DNA from: a virus
Length of the DNA: 50,303 bases
Strand: one strand, 5' to 3'
Virus record (IMG/VR): IMGVR_UViG_3300049182_000030
Span: 1 to 50,303 of that record
The notes beneath the pieces were generated by a model that saw nothing but the letters and a program-made list of their open reading frames with translations, was not told the DNA's origin and made no database searches. Both the position numbers and the translations under genes were made by a program. How positions within the stretch are numbered: position 1 is the first letter of the stretch; each line of letters opens with the position of its first letter. Below, piece by piece: positions 6,967-15,675 of this stretch.

Positions 6967-8538
6967 ATGCCTAAGTTGAACCCTGCGGAAAGCGCTGATA
7001 ACCGCCTCGCTGTCGAAAATGAGATGCTGAAGCGTCAGGTGACGGAAATCAGCAACGAGTTCGAGAACATGAGCCTCCGCGTCGAGGAGGGTTTGACGCA
7101 GTTGAGCCTCATGGCGGATAACCGTGGCTGGTTGGACATGAGCGGCTACATGGAGGACGGCCCCGACCTGCACCAGGTTCAGGATGTGTCGAAGAAGCTG
7201 AAGAACCTGACCGGCTTGAACGCCCACATGGGGCGCGGCGCTCGCCTGCGGCATTCCTACGTGTGGGCTGGCGGCATCCACCACGATGACATTCCGGCAG
7301 GCGGGGGACGGGGCACCACCAACGTCGAGGCAATGGTGAAGCATCCTCACAATCAGCGGGCTTTCTTTGGCGCGGCGGCGAGGGAGCGGCAGGAGAAGGC
7401 GCTCTACACCACCGGGCACTACCTTGTCGTCGGTGAGGACGTTCCGGTTGACCGTCGTCGCAGCATGGGTACGTCCAAGTTGCTCCACAACGTCCCCCTG
7501 TACCAGATCAGCGCGTACATCGTTGACCCCAACGACCCGACTGAGGTGTGGGCTATCCGTCGTTCGTGGAGCGAAGATGGCATTGTCACGACCATCGACC
7601 CTCGCATGCCGAACGGGAACCTGAAGCACGAGTGGATTTTTGACGACGCGCACAAGGACAAGGAAACCGCCACCGTCAAGTACAACGGCGGCACCGAGCG
7701 GGTCAACCGCAACAAGCGCTACTTCCTCCAGGTGGTCAACCGGCAGGACGGCTGGTGCTGGGGCCTGCCTGACGCTGTTGCCGCGTTCAACTGGGCCGAC
7801 CAGTACCGCAAGGGCGTCCTCAACGGCCTGAAGATGCAGGAAGCGCTCGCCACGCTGGCGTTCAAGATCAAGTCCGCCTCCGCCGCTGGGGCCAAGAGCG
7901 CCGCCACCAAGACTGCGGGCACCACCCAGAAGGGCGCAACTGCCGCCATGCCCGAGGGCACGGATGTAGCCGCCCTCAGCAGCGCCGGTTCGGGTTACGA
8001 CTTCGACAGCCTGCGCCCCGTGCTCGCCATCGTCGCCACGGCCCTTGACGTTTCCGTGGTAGCACTGTCCAGTGACCCCGGTGCCGCTGGTTCGTCCTAC
8101 GGTTCCGCCCAGACTCTTGATAAGCCGACCGTGCTCTCCACGATGGCTCGCCGCGCACTGCATGTGGAGTTCGAGAAGCGTATCCTCAACTGGCTTGGTG
8201 CGCCCGATGCGCGCGTGTGGTTCGAGATTCTGGACGACGGTGCCGAACTTTACCGCCGCATTCAGGCAATCGCCCTCCTGTGGCAGTCCGGCGTCTACGA
8301 GGCAGAGGACATTAAGGCCGCGTTTGAGGAACTTTTGGGCCACGGTGAAATCGACGCCAGCGTGCCTGACGGGGTGCTGATCCCGAACAATGCGAATTCC
8401 CTTGCCCGCCGCGACCTTGACACGGATGCTAATGGTGTCGCCACGACCACACCCGCCGCAGATCAAGGCGTGAGCAATAATGTTGGCGGTCAGGGTGGAG
8501 ATAGCGGAACCGATATTCGGACGGACACGCTTTCCTGA
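6967..8538 (+). CDS. Portal protein (523 aa)
   Basis: Size and position directly after terL. Composition typical of portal proteins. Confidence 0.85.
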   Translation: MPKLNPAESADNRLAVENEMLKRQVTEISNEFENMSLRVEEGLTQLSLMADNRGWLDMSGYMEDGPDLHQVQDVSKKLKNLTGLNAHMGRGARLRHSYVWAGGIHHDDIPAGGGRGTTNVEAMVKHPHNQRAFFGAAARERQEKALYTTGHYLVVGEDVPVDRRRSMGTSKLLHNVPLYQISAYIVDPNDPTEVWAIRRSWSEDGIVTTIDPRMPNGNLKHEWIFDDAHKDKETATVKYNGGTERVNRNKRYFLQVVNRQDGWCWGLPDAVAAFNWADQYRKGVLNGLKMQEALATLAFKIKSASAAGAKSAATKTAGTTQKGATAAMPEGTDVAALSSAGSGYDFDSLRPVLAIVATALDVSVVALSSDPGAAGSSYGSAQTLDKPTVLSTMARRALHVEFEKRILNWLGAPDARVWFEILDDGAELYRRIQAIALLWQSGVYEAEDIKAAFEELLGHGEIDASVPDGVLIPNNANSLARRDLDTDANGVATTTPAADQGVSNNVGGQGGDSGTDIRTDTLS

Positions 8539-8572
8539 ACCAAATTCTCGGAATAGTGTAAACTAATAACCG

Positions 8573-9529
8573 ATGGCTACTAAGCATTTGGTTGAGCAGG
8601 GCACCCTCGAATCCCAGGCGGGCAACGAGGGTGTTTTCCGCATCAAGATCATTACCGAGGGCAAGGGTTCTTCGGGCGTTTACTCTGCCGACCTGCTTGA
8701 GCAGTACGGTGAAGTTTTCGCTAACCGTGCCATGCACATGAACCACCCCCGTGACCCTGAGCGCCCGTGGGAGCGTGACATTCTCGGTATCGCCGCCCGC
8801 ACCAGCGAGGTTGAGGTTGGCACCGACGAGCAGGGCCGACGCGCCCTCTACACCAACGCCAAGGTGCGCAAGGAATACCGCGACTTCGTTGCCGAGTACG
8901 CCGACCTTATCGGAGTGAGCATCTACGCCTCCGGTGAGGGTCGAGAGGAAAACGGCGAGTACGTGGTTGAGTCGTTCGACGGATCGGACCCCTACACGAG
9001 CGTGGACTTTGTGGTTGCCGCTGGCCGTGGTGGGCGCGTCGAGCGGATGCTGGAATCATACCGGCAGATTGAGACTTCCGTGGGTACCCCTACGGTGGAG
9101 GGTGCGGCAACCGCTAGCACCGAGGACAAGAAGATGGGAAACGAGATGGACGAGCTTAAGGCTCTCATCGAGGCCCTTCGCGCTGAGGTTAAGACCCTCA
9201 CCGAAGAGGTCACGAGCATCAAGACCCTCTCGGAGCAGGCGGCTACCGAGGCCACCGCGAAGGCTGACGCTTTCGAGGTTGTCGAGGAGCTGACCACGGC
9301 GGTTGCCGAGGCAAAGCTGCCCGAGGAGGGGCGCAAGCGCGTCATCGAGTCGGTCAAGGCTGGCAACGCTGTTGCTGAGGCCGTGGCCGTCGAGAAGGCG
9401 TATGTTGAGTCGATCCGCAAGTCGCTGAGCGAGGGCCAGAAGCCCGCCGCCGAGCCGGTTGCTGGTCGCGTTGTCGAGGCCGCTGGTGCCGCCGACTTTG
9501 ATTGGGACTACAAGAAGGTGATTGGCTAA
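8573..9529 (+). CDS. Capsid scaffolding protein, possibly a protease-scaffold fusion (318 aa)
   Basis: Lies between the portal and the major capsid. Ala/Glu-rich coiled-coil C-terminal half. Confidence 0.65.
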   Translation: MATKHLVEQGTLESQAGNEGVFRIKIITEGKGSSGVYSADLLEQYGEVFANRAMHMNHPRDPERPWERDILGIAARTSEVEVGTDEQGRRALYTNAKVRKEYRDFVAEYADLIGVSIYASGEGREENGEYVVESFDGSDPYTSVDFVVAAGRGGRVERMLESYRQIETSVGTPTVEGAATASTEDKKMGNEMDELKALIEALRAEVKTLTEEVTSIKTLSEQAATEATAKADAFEVVEELTTAVAEAKLPEEGRKRVIESVKAGNAVAEAVAVEKAYVESIRKSLSEGQKPAAEPVAGRVVEAAGAADFDWDYKKVIG

Positions 9530-9882
9530 TGGCTCTTAACCAGATTTACGCCAACGCTGACAGCCTTTCCTACAACCTCGGCGCTGTTGACCCGGCCATT
9601 GTGTCGGGCGAGTTCGTGGTTATCGGTGGCATTGTCGGCGTTGCCGAGACTGACGCGGCCCTCCGCGCGGACGGCAACTACTGGGTGACGCTCCGCCACG
9701 TTGGCGTGTTCGCCGGTACGACTGCTGACGCCGTTGCGGTTGGTGACGCACTGTACATTGCGGCTGCTGCGACCAATGGCACCGCGCTGACCACGACCGC
9801 CACCGGCAACGAGCTGGTCGGTTATGCGATTGCCGCCAAGGGCGCTGTCGCGGGTGACGTTTGGGTTCGGGTGAACAACTAA
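9529..9882 (+). CDS. Head decoration-like protein, DUF2190-like (117 aa)
   Basis: Small Gly/Ala/Val-rich beta-type protein directly before the major capsid gene. TAATG-coupled start. Confidence 0.55.
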   Translation: MALNQIYANADSLSYNLGAVDPAIVSGEFVVIGGIVGVAETDAALRADGNYWVTLRHVGVFAGTTADAVAVGDALYIAAAATNGTALTTTATGNELVGYAIAAKGAVAGDVWVRVNN

Positions 9883-10997
9883 TGACTAACCGTAAGCTTG
9901 TTATTGAGAACGCTATCGAGCGTATCAAGGCCAACTCGAACGAGAAGCAGGCCGAGGCCGGTAAGCTCCTCTTCCGCGCCCTTGAGGGTGACCGTCGCGC
10001 GGGCCGTCAGCTTGCTGAGACGATCAGCACGTCCGACATTCCGGCGTTTATGACCCCCGCCGTCAACGCGATCTTCCTCGCGGAGTTCGGTGACACCCCC
10101 GTTGTGTGGAACCAGATTGCGGACGAGTACCGCACTGACCGTTTCCAGAACATCGAGTGGTACGGCTTCAACGTCAACGTTTCCGACCTTGAGGGTGGCG
10201 AGCTTGACGGCGACGAGTTCGTGGGCTACGGCCTCCCGGGCGTTGCCGAGCTGGGCGAGTACCCGATGGCGAACTTCGTCACGGAGACGCTGAACGGTGA
10301 CCTGCGTAAGCACGGCCTCCAGGCGGCTATGTCGTGGGAGACTTCGCTCAAGACCGGCAACTTCGACTGGCTGCCCCGCATCGTTCGTCAGTTCGCGCGG
10401 TACGCCGCCGAGCAGGAGGATGTGGCGCTCGCCAAGGAGTTCGTCTCGACCTCTGGTGTCATCAACACCGGCTTCACCGAGGCGACACTCAACCCGGCCC
10501 TTACGCTTGCCGCGCTTGAGGACGCCGTTCTCCAGTCGCAGTCGGTGCGCGTCAACGGTCGCCGCACGAACGCCTCGCGTTTCACGCTGGTGACCGGCTA
10601 CGGCCAGTCGCTTACGGCTCGCCAGATTCTCAACACGACTCAGATCGAGCGTGCTGAGGGTACTGACATTCTCATCCAGAACCCCACCCTTTCCGGTGTC
10701 AACTACGTCGCCTTCGACGCGCTTGACAAGGTTGGCGGGGCCACAGTTGACGACTACTGGTTCCTGGTTCCCCAGGGCACTGCGCGTCCGGCGTTCCTTG
10801 AGCTGTTCCACGAGGACTACCGCACGCCGCTGGTGTCGATTGCCAGCCCGAACCACATGTCGGTCGGTGGCGGCATGCTTGACCCGCTCCAGGGTGACTT
10901 TGAGATTGACGCGGTTCGTTCGCGCGTCCGTCACGTTGTTGGTGCGACGGCGCTCACCCCGAGCATCGTCATCGCCTCTGACGGCACGGGTTCCTAA
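9882..10997 (+). CDS. Major capsid protein (371 aa)
   Basis: Position and size, and strong hairpin terminators immediately downstream. Confidence 0.85.
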   Translation: MTNRKLVIENAIERIKANSNEKQAEAGKLLFRALEGDRRAGRQLAETISTSDIPAFMTPAVNAIFLAEFGDTPVVWNQIADEYRTDRFQNIEWYGFNVNVSDLEGGELDGDEFVGYGLPGVAELGEYPMANFVTETLNGDLRKHGLQAAMSWETSLKTGNFDWLPRIVRQFARYAAEQEDVALAKEFVSTSGVINTGFTEATLNPALTLAALEDAVLQSQSVRVNGRRTNASRFTLVTGYGQSLTARQILNTTQIERAEGTDILIQNPTLSGVNYVAFDALDKVGGATVDDYWFLVPQGTARPAFLELFHEDYRTPLVSIASPNHMSVGGGMLDPLQGDFEIDAVRSRVRHVVGATALTPSIVIASDGTGS

Positions 10998-11022
10998 AGC
11001 CTAGTCGCTACCTAGGAGGATT

Positions 11023-11060
11023 GCCCCTCAGTCCATTGCGGGTTGGGGGGCTTTCTCTTG
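11023..11060 (+). terminator. Candidate terminator after the capsid gene
   Basis: GCCCC...GGGGGGC hairpin followed by TTTCTCTT. Confidence 0.55.
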
Positions 11061-11128
11061 TGCTACACTAATTGCATAAGCCGGGGGCTTGCCTCCTTTC
11101 ACCCCGGTTTGCGGGTTAACCCGCACGG

Positions 11129-11177
11129 CCCCCCGTTGTAGCGACTCCCTTCCATCGCTCCGGGGGGCTTTCCCTTG
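11129..11177 (+). terminator. Candidate terminator (long hairpin)
   Basis: CCCCCCG..AGCGA..TCGCT..CGGGGGG stem followed by CTTTCCCTT. Confidence 0.55.
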
Positions 11178-11197
11178 CGTGCTGATAAACTGTTATC

Positions 11198-11644
11198 ATG
11201 GCGAATTCTGGCGTGTACCCTCTTGACCCGAATACGGATGTTGGGCGCGTCCGACTGCTTATCGGTGACACTATTAGTGTGCCGTTCGACCCGGTTCAGG
11301 CGGGTCTCCAGGATTACACGCTGTTTTCTGACGCGGAGATTGAGCAGTTCCTCACGGCGGGTCAGGACAGCATTTATCGCGCGGCTGGGTGGGCCTATAT
11401 TTCCCTGGCGGGTGCTGCGGCCCAGCAGGCAGAGTCTATTAAGGACTTCGACTTGCAGGTGGATTCGCGGCAGAAGGCTGAGCAGTTGCGTTTGCAGGCT
11501 CAATGGTACTTCGGTGAAGCCGACCGCATTGACGGCTTGGGCGAGGATGGGTACACGATTGTGCGCACCGGGCGCAGGCTCACGGTGGACGAGCTGGCCG
11601 AGGTCAACCTGGCCGACATTGACTACACGGAGTACATTCCCTGA
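11198..11644 (+). CDS. Head-to-tail adaptor (148 aa)
   Basis: First gene after the capsid terminators. VGRVRLLIGD-type motif common in actinophage adaptors. Confidence 0.65.
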   Translation: MANSGVYPLDPNTDVGRVRLLIGDTISVPFDPVQAGLQDYTLFSDAEIEQFLTAGQDSIYRAAGWAYISLAGAAAQQAESIKDFDLQVDSRQKAEQLRLQAQWYFGEADRIDGLGEDGYTIVRTGRRLTVDELAEVNLADIDYTEYIP

Positions 11645-12078
11645 TGGCCCAGAGTCCCGTTGAATGGGCTGACCGTATCGCCGCCGTGAGCGACCGTTTC
11701 AAGAACGCCACCATCACGATCATCGACCCCTCCCTTATCACGTCCACCTACGACCCGGTGACGGACACGTACACGCCCACGGGTGACGGCATCGTGGCGG
11801 AGGACATTGCCGCGCGCATTCAGCCGGTGCGGCTTGCGGTAGACATGCAGGGTGGCGCAACCATGAACCCCACGGGCGAGGTGCGGGTGCGCATCCAGAT
11901 TCCGAGGACGGCGTATGCGGGGCGTGTGGAGCATGGCTGGCGCATTCGAGTGATTTCGGCTGACCGAAACCCTGAATTGCTGGAGTATCTGTTCACGGTG
12001 GATGCGAACGTGAATTCGTCCTGGCGGGCGTCGAACACGATTGAGGCAAGTGTCAACGTTGAGAATGAGGTGGCATAA
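11644..12078 (+). CDS. Head closure or head-tail connector protein (144 aa), called by position
   Basis: ORF track. ATGA-type coupling. Synteny. Confidence 0.55.
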   Translation: MAQSPVEWADRIAAVSDRFKNATITIIDPSLITSTYDPVTDTYTPTGDGIVAEDIAARIQPVRLAVDMQGGATMNPTGEVRVRIQIPRTAYAGRVEHGWRIRVISADRNPELLEYLFTVDANVNSSWRASNTIEASVNVENEVA

Positions 12079-12507
12079 ATGGGTGTCACATATAAGGGCA
12101 TGTCCTTTACGGGTTTGGCGATGCAGTTGCGGGCGCGTAAGGGTGCGCTTATTGACGAGGTGACCGACATTATGGAAACCACCGTGCGGGAGGCTGAGGA
12201 GATTCAGCGCAATCAGCTCGACAGGGCGACCACACGCTACGGCGAGCAGCGGTTCGGAGCGGGCCAGGGCGGCAGTGCGGGCCGTAACGATTCGGGCGAC
12301 ATGATTAACGCAATCAACTCTGAGGTGACCGCATCTAAGACGCGAGTCGTCGGGCGGTGGGGCTGGATCGATGAGGGTTCCTTCCAGCGGTACTTTGCCT
12401 ACCAGGAGAACGGTACGGGTCGGGTGCCTGCCGCCCACAGCCTGCTGGATTCGTACATGGTTGTGAAGGAGACGTTCAAGAAGCGAATGCGGAGACTTGG
12501 CCGATGA
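12079..12507 (+). CDS. HK97 gp10-like head-tail joining protein (142 aa)
   Basis: Motif FAYQENGTGRVPAAHSL resembles the gp10-family E-x-G-T signature. Synteny. Confidence 0.6.
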   Translation: MGVTYKGMSFTGLAMQLRARKGALIDEVTDIMETTVREAEEIQRNQLDRATTRYGEQRFGAGQGGSAGRNDSGDMINAINSEVTASKTRVVGRWGWIDEGSFQRYFAYQENGTGRVPAAHSLLDSYMVVKETFKKRMRRLGR

Positions 12508-12941
12508 CCCTGAACACATACACGGACGAGCAGGCCATTCTTGCGCAAATTGAGTCGGTTATGGCTCAGCCGGTTTACAACGAGGTGGCCGATGGTGTTG
12601 ACATGGTTTGGGTGGGTGGCGGAACTTTTCTTCAGCCTTACATTGCGGTTGATTTTGGCTCTCCTGTCGCAACGGCGGGTGGGCGGAGCATTGCGGTGGA
12701 GGAGAAGCAGCCGGTCGATCAGCGGGTGATTGTGGCGGCGGTGTCGTCTGATGCGCAGGTGGTGCGTCAGATCGCTGGCCGGATCGTTGAGCAGTTTACT
12801 GGGTACAAGCCTTCGGATAACACGGGGCCGCTCAGGTTGCTGGGTGGTGGCGGCTACACGTTGAGTGTGGAGTCGAAGCCGACTGTTTATGTGCGGGAAA
12901 CGTATTTCGCTTATCTGGGGAACCAGGCGAGCGTCGGATAA
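12504..12941 (+). CDS. Tail terminator protein (145 aa), called by position
   Basis: Last connector-module gene before the tail tube genes. Confidence 0.5.
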   Translation: MTLNTYTDEQAILAQIESVMAQPVYNEVADGVDMVWVGGGTFLQPYIAVDFGSPVATAGGRSIAVEEKQPVDQRVIVAAVSSDAQVVRQIAGRIVEQFTGYKPSDNTGPLRLLGGGGYTLSVESKPTVYVRETYFAYLGNQASVG

Positions 12942-12955
12942 TATCAAAGATAGGA

Positions 12956-12961
12956 TAGAAT
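12956..12961 (+). promoter_or_regulatory. -10 box TAGAAT, 6 nt upstream of ATG 12968 (leaderless candidate)
   Basis: TAGAAT then AGGGTT then ATG. Local AT-rich patch. Confidence 0.4.
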
Positions 12962-12967
12962 AGGGTT

Positions 12968-13219
12968 ATGCCTCTTGCAAAGCACAAGATTACGGGAATC
13001 ATCAAGGATTACCCGCAGAATGTGATCGACCACAGAATACTGGGCGCGTCCCTTGGGCCTTACATCGAGCCTATTGACGATGAGGTTGAGGAGGACAAGG
13101 TTGTGCTGGGTAGCAATTCCAGCAAGCGGGTGTACAAGAAGTCCGACGTATCCACCGAGGACGCCAAACCTATTACAGATGAGGAGTCCTTCGTGACTGA
13201 TAAGGCGGGTGACGAGTAA
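12968..13219 (+). CDS. Hypothetical acidic protein (83 aa) in a visibly lower-GC segment
   Basis: ORF track. Own -10 box. TAATG coupling to the next gene. Confidence 0.65.
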   Translation: MPLAKHKITGIIKDYPQNVIDHRILGASLGPYIEPIDDEVEEDKVVLGSNSSKRVYKKSDVSTEDAKPITDEESFVTDKAGDE

Positions 13220-13746
13220 TGCCCCAGAAGGTACTTCGCGGCAATTACTCCGTGTGGGCCGCATACCCCGAGGCCGTCGTTGACTGGGAGAACCCCAGCG
13301 AGGCGGACATTGCTACGGCGGTTGCTGATGGCCTGATCGTTGACATTTCGTGTGCGATCACGGACGAGTCGGGCGACAGCCTGAACATGACCGACCCGGA
13401 GACGGACGACAGCCAGAGCATTTGCGACATTGCCGCTGTTGAGACGCCGACGTTTGACAACTACGAGGCCGAGCTTGACGGGTTCCGCAACAAGGCGGGA
13501 ACTTCCGACACCCCGGTGTATGACACGTTCTACCACCTGTTCAACGGCGTTGGGCGCAAGTACTGGCTCATCAAGCGCGTGGACAAGGAGCAGGGTACGG
13601 CCATCGAGCAGGGTGACATTATCTCGGCGTTCCTGTTCGAGACGGACTACGGTCAGGACATTGGTGAGGACGGTGGGCAGATTCTTTTCGGTGCCCGGTT
13701 CAAGCCCCAGGGTGAGATGTACGGCAACAAGACGGTGGGTGCGTAA
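13219..13746 (+). CDS. Major tail protein-like paralog (175 aa)
   Basis: Shares its N-terminal layout and the F-x-P-Q-G-E-x-Y motif (FKPQGEMY) with the next gene (FLPQGELY). Confidence 0.6.
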   Translation: MPQKVLRGNYSVWAAYPEAVVDWENPSEADIATAVADGLIVDISCAITDESGDSLNMTDPETDDSQSICDIAAVETPTFDNYEAELDGFRNKAGTSDTPVYDTFYHLFNGVGRKYWLIKRVDKEQGTAIEQGDIISAFLFETDYGQDIGEDGGQILFGARFKPQGEMYGNKTVGA

Positions 13747-14489
13747 TGGCTAAGCAGCAGGCAAACGGCTTTATGAAGGTCGCTTGGGTTCTTGAGGCCG
13801 GTATCGCTGACCCCGAGTTCCCCACGGCGGCTGAGCTGAACGCGGGCCTTGACCTTTCGGCGGCTATCGCCTGGGAGGACTACGAGGTTGGTTCGACGGG
13901 CTCGGACGACATTGAGGATCGTGCTATCACGGACCTTGGCAACGCGATTTCGCGGGGTTCGGCCAACTACGGTGCGACGCTTGACTTCTTCCGCGACGCG
14001 GACAACACCGATGTGACGAGCATTTACGTTGACGCTTTCGAGGCGTTCCGCGTGACTCGTGTGGTCGGCTACCTTGTGACGCGCATTGCGGACAAGCCCG
14101 CTGGTGACGCTTTCGCGGCGGGTGACACGGTGAGCGTGTACAAGCTCATGGCAACGACGACCACGGACGTGACGGGTGGCGACACCTCGACCAAGTTCCA
14201 GGTCACGTTCCTGCCCCAGGGTGAGCTGTACACGCACACGATGGTTGCGGGCGCTGGTGCGATCACGGTTGCTGCGGCACTTGCTCTTGGGGTTGGCGAG
14301 GTGGGTAACCTTGCCCCGACGCTGGATGGCGAGTCGATCAAGTCGCGTGCCACGTATTCGTCGTCGGCTCCGGCTGTTGCGACGGTTTCCAACCACGGTG
14401 TTGTGACGGGTGTTTCGGCGGGCGCGGCTACGATCACCACGTCCTATGGTGCGGGCACGAGCGGTACCACTAGCGTCACGGTTACCTGA
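13746..14489 (+). CDS. Major tail protein with C-terminal Big_2-type Ig-like domain (247 aa)
   Basis: Lies before the chaperones and tape measure. The C-terminus ATYSSSAPAVATVSNHGVVTGVSAGAATITTSY is typical of Big_2. Strong terminator downstream. Confidence 0.8.
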   Translation: MAKQQANGFMKVAWVLEAGIADPEFPTAAELNAGLDLSAAIAWEDYEVGSTGSDDIEDRAITDLGNAISRGSANYGATLDFFRDADNTDVTSIYVDAFEAFRVTRVVGYLVTRIADKPAGDAFAAGDTVSVYKLMATTTTDVTGGDTSTKFQVTFLPQGELYTHTMVAGAGAITVAAALALGVGEVGNLAPTLDGESIKSRATYSSSAPAVATVSNHGVVTGVSAGAATITTSYGAGTSGTTSVTVT

Positions 14490-14510
14490 TAGACTGAGCA
14501 CTACCTACCG

Positions 14511-14553
14511 GCCCCTCACCTTGGCTATTTCGGGTGGGGGGCTGGTTTTATTT
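14511..14553 (+). terminator. Rho-independent terminator after the major tail gene
   Basis: GCCCCTCACC...GGGTGGGGGGC stem followed by TGGTTTTATTT. Confidence 0.7.
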
Positions 14554-14564
14554 GAGGAGGATTC

Positions 14565-15212
14565 TTGGACGAGCACATTGACGAGGCGACCGTTGCCAGT
14601 GAGGGCGTGAAGATTGGCGAAGAGCGTAAGGAAAGACTCGCGTCTGACCCCGAGGCGGTTCGTAAGATTCTTGCCGGTTCGGTGGATGTGGAGGATTACG
14701 TCACCGTCTACCCGAGCAAGGCGCTGAACAAGAAGTTCGCTGACTTCCAGGCTGAACTTGAGCGTTTCCGTGACAGGGCGACTCAGGGTTCTCACGAGGG
14801 CGCTAAGGACTATGAGGCGCGCGTCGGATCGCTGAAGAACGAACTGGCGGAGATGGAGAAGCGCGGGGATGACCTGCGGGCTGAACTTGAGGCGTCGGCG
14901 GTGACGTTCCACCTCATCGGCATTCCCAAGAAGGCCGTGAAGAAGATTCGCGCTGAGGTGCGCCAGAAGTACCCGTTGCCCCCCGCTGGCACGCCTGACG
15001 ACCCGGACATGAGCGAGATTCGGGATGAGGAGTACCAGAACCGTCTGATCGTGGCTCACCTTGCGCAGACAGGCGGGTTCACGATGGATGAGGTTGAGTC
15101 GTGGCGGGATTCCTGGTCGAACCGGGAGTTCGGGAAGTTGTGGGCGAGCGTGCTGAAATTGAGCATTGCTGACGACTACCTCAATGGGAGCATCGACCCG
15201 GATTTTTTGTAA
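14565..15212 (+). CDS. Tail assembly chaperone, 0-frame product (215 aa, TTG start)
   Basis: GAGGAGG Shine-Dalgarno. Lies between the major tail and tape measure genes. Ends at a slippery site. Confidence 0.8.
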   Translation: MDEHIDEATVASEGVKIGEERKERLASDPEAVRKILAGSVDVEDYVTVYPSKALNKKFADFQAELERFRDRATQGSHEGAKDYEARVGSLKNELAEMEKRGDDLRAELEASAVTFHLIGIPKKAVKKIRAEVRQKYPLPPAGTPDDPDMSEIRDEEYQNRLIVAHLAQTGGFTMDEVESWRDSWSNREFGKLWASVLKLSIADDYLNGSIDPDFL

Positions 15213-15628
15213 CGCTCCTGTCCGGTGAGTATGGCCCCAGGTACATGCGTGCGATCAAATCCGCGCTGGGCCTGGGGCTTCGGCCTTCTGCCCACATTCT
15301 CGGGCTGAAAAAGCCGCTGTCGGGTTGGAGCGAGTCGGACCACAAACTTGCTGTCGCATATTCCACTTTGGAGGCGGAAACGTGCGATAAGTGCGGTAAC
15401 CCCATTTGGCTGTGTCGCACCACGGATGAGCGCGTGGAGTTCGAGGTTAAGAAGTATCGGTGCTTTGCGACTGCGGAGATTGAGCAGCGTGAGGAGAAGT
15501 GGCGGAAGCAGAATAAGAAGGGTGACCGCCTGAAGCCTGGCGAGTATGAGTATGCGGTGCCGAAGACCCGTTCGGGTGCTAGTCTGCCGTCGCGGGAGGA
15601 TTTTTACAACTCGTTTAGCAAGGATTGA
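14565..15628 (+). CDS. Tail assembly chaperone -1 frameshift fusion product (about 354 aa)
   Basis: The -1 frame is open from 15209 and joins ORF 15245..15628 in frame. The slippery heptamer lies just before the 0-frame stop. Confidence 0.7.
15203..15209 (+). promoter_or_regulatory. Programmed -1 ribosomal frameshift slippery heptamer T_TTT_TTG
   Basis: 0-frame codons are GAT TTT TTG TAA. The downstream ORF is in the -1 frame with no intervening stop. Confidence 0.7.
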
Positions 15629-15675
15629 CTACGGTAGAATGGAGGGAGGTTTCCATTAGGTTTAGGGGTTGACGG

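Noticed and set aside
6832-8466. 544-aa ORF antisense to the portal gene
   Set aside because: Same antisense-frame artefact (Gly/Arg/Val-rich, no start context). The plus-strand portal reading is far more protein-like.
9879-10934. 351-aa ORF antisense to the major capsid gene. Similar long antisense ORFs occur at 13653..14501, 17653..18492, 22048..23016, 23545..24432 and 32764..33738.
   Set aside because: All lie inside well-supported genes on the other strand and have Arg-rich, stop-poor antisense composition.
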